The position numbers and the translations under genes are program-made. A stretch of 64,000 nucleotides of DNA from Candidatus Bathyarchaeota archaeon. GTDB taxonomy: Archaea; Thermoproteota; Bathyarchaeia; Bathyarchaeales; Bathycorpusculaceae. Below, piece after piece: positions 62,756 to 64,000 of this stretch (its first letter is position 1; each line of letters opens with the position of its first letter). The DNA is taken from assembly GCA_963806535.1 (NCBI GenBank), contig CAWDYC010000007.1, positions 32,001 to 96,000 on the forward strand, read 5' to 3'. The notes under the pieces were generated by a model. The model saw only the letters and a program-made list of their open reading frames with translations. It did no database searches and was not told the DNA's origin.

Positions 62756-64000
62756 TTAACTCGGGCTATTGTAAGATATATAAGAGTTCATGAAAACAAT
62801 AAAATCCTTGGAGGTTATTTTTCCATCCTGATTAAAATCGGCTAAACCATTATAAACACTGAGATTTACTCGGTTAAAACCTACGTACGCTCCAGCAAAT
62901 GATATAAAGTCGTGACCATCAACTTTGAATTCACCGTTTAAATCACCTAAATATGTTATCTCCGCCATCTCTATTGTCGTATTCTTGGAATTAATGCTAG
63001 CTGTTATTGTGTAGTTTCCGACAGATAGGTTGCTCGTGTCTATTTGGGAAATAGCATTCGATGAATTATCGCTTATTACGACCGTATCGTTATACTCAAG
63101 TTTGTCGTTGGCGTAGATTTGAATCGTATTGGAGCCGTTTTGAACTGGTACGTTGATTGATAGCGGGAAACCTTTTTCAGTGTATGTATAATTAAGCGGT
63201 GATTCATGTTGACTATTGCCTGTATACATGTATATTCGATTTGTTGGTAATTGTCCAAGAAAATTTGCATCGACGACGGAATTCCAATCAGAAGCAAAAG
63301 TAACATTCCAAACGCCGATTTTGTTGAAGTAGAGGGATAGTGGCGTTGACCCATACAAGAAAGTTAGGTTGCCTGTTGCTGCTATCGGAATTAGGACGGA
63401 GTTTGAGCTAAAGTCTATTGCGGTAAGATCCTTATCAATTATATTGTAGTTGTATTCATAGTGAAGTTCTTCGAGAGGTACGGCCAGCTTAGCTGTTGTT
63501 TGTATTATTGCCAAATTAATCAGCAGATTTGCAGCAAGCGCTGTAGCTGAGTCGCTAGGAACTGCGTCTGAACGGATTCTGTATAGTCCAGTAGATTGAT
63601 CATAAAGCCCTGCTGAAGGGTCACTAAGCAAACTCCATGCTGGTATGTTCAGATTGCTTCCTGTTGTAATATTGTATGCTGCGCCGTTTAGCATTTCCTG
63701 AATTTTGTTTTGATCAGATGGGGGAAGCAAAGGATAAGTTGCGATTATTGATTGCCACGTCATTTGTGTGTTTTCAAGTCTTCTCTGTGAATTCGAGTCG
63801 GCATGTTGGACCACATAGTCGAGCCATTGGGGACTATTCCATAAGCTAGCTAAGTATCGGCTATGTATGTCTGTTAATAAGTTCTGTGTATTTGTAATAT
63901 TGGAATCATAGTTATACAACTTCCAAATTATTTGTTCAAAGCCGCCAGCTTCACATTCATAGAGCCCGTTAGCGGAAGTATATCCGTAGTACGCTCCGTT
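62756..64000 (-). CDS. Surface protein with C-terminal dockerin-like domain, 5'-truncated by the window edge
   Basis: GDLNGEFKVDGHDF and ADFNQDGKITSKDF; Asn/Thr-rich; frame continues toward the window edge. Confidence 0.78.
   Translation of the reverse strand, partial: NGAYYGYTSANGLYECEAGGFEQIIWKLYNYDSNITNTQNLLTDIHSRYLASLWNSPQWLDYVVQHADSNSQRRLENTQMTWQSIIATYPLLPPSDQNKIQEMLNGAAYNITTGSNLNIPAWSLLSDPSAGLYDQSTGLYRIRSDAVPSDSATALAANLLINLAIIQTTAKLAVPLEELHYEYNYNIIDKDLTAIDFSSNSVLIPIAATGNLTFLYGSTPLSLYFNKIGVWNVTFASDWNSVVDANFLGQLPTNRIYMYTGNSQHESPLNYTYTEKGFPLSINVPVQNGSNTIQIYANDKLEYNDTVVISDNSSNAISQIDTSNLSVGNYTITASINSKNTTIEMAEITYLGDLNGEFKVDGHDFISFAGAYVGFNRVNLSVYNGLADFNQDGKITSKDFIVFMNSYISYNSPS

Overview
Archaeal chromosomal window, most likely Bathyarchaeia. 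This is inferred from gene content: secreted PQQ-type beta-propeller proteins, dockerin-bearing surface proteins, MtrH plus a corrinoid protein, a GPN-loop GTPase, an AbrB-PhoU regulator and frequent TTG/GTG starts. About 45 protein genes are present; I saw no tRNA, rRNA, CRISPR array or transposase. The window is rich in radical SAM (10 genes, 5 of them B12-binding) and cobamide functions (cobD, cbiB, cbiZ, corrinoid protein, mtrH), with glycosyltransferases, a bacterial-type metK and pstB/phoU. Many genes at 12.5-25.7 kb and 39.6 kb are split by small indels that look like assembly errors. Best leads: (1) a tandem pair of promoter-bearing structured ncRNA candidates at 59.1-59.5 kb sharing a covarying stem and carrying variable C-rich loops; (2) an RnfD-ferredoxin-FrhB triple fusion; (3) a two-copy non-coding element made of a 10-bp phased tandem array plus a conserved ~83 bp segment; (4) a five-gene B12-radical SAM cluster with a methyltransferase and a divergent Dph6-like ligase; (5) two paralogous CxCxxC TIM-barrel-like proteins beside the corrinoid protein/MtrH pair and cbiZ. 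All family calls come from motif recognition by eye; no database searches were run.
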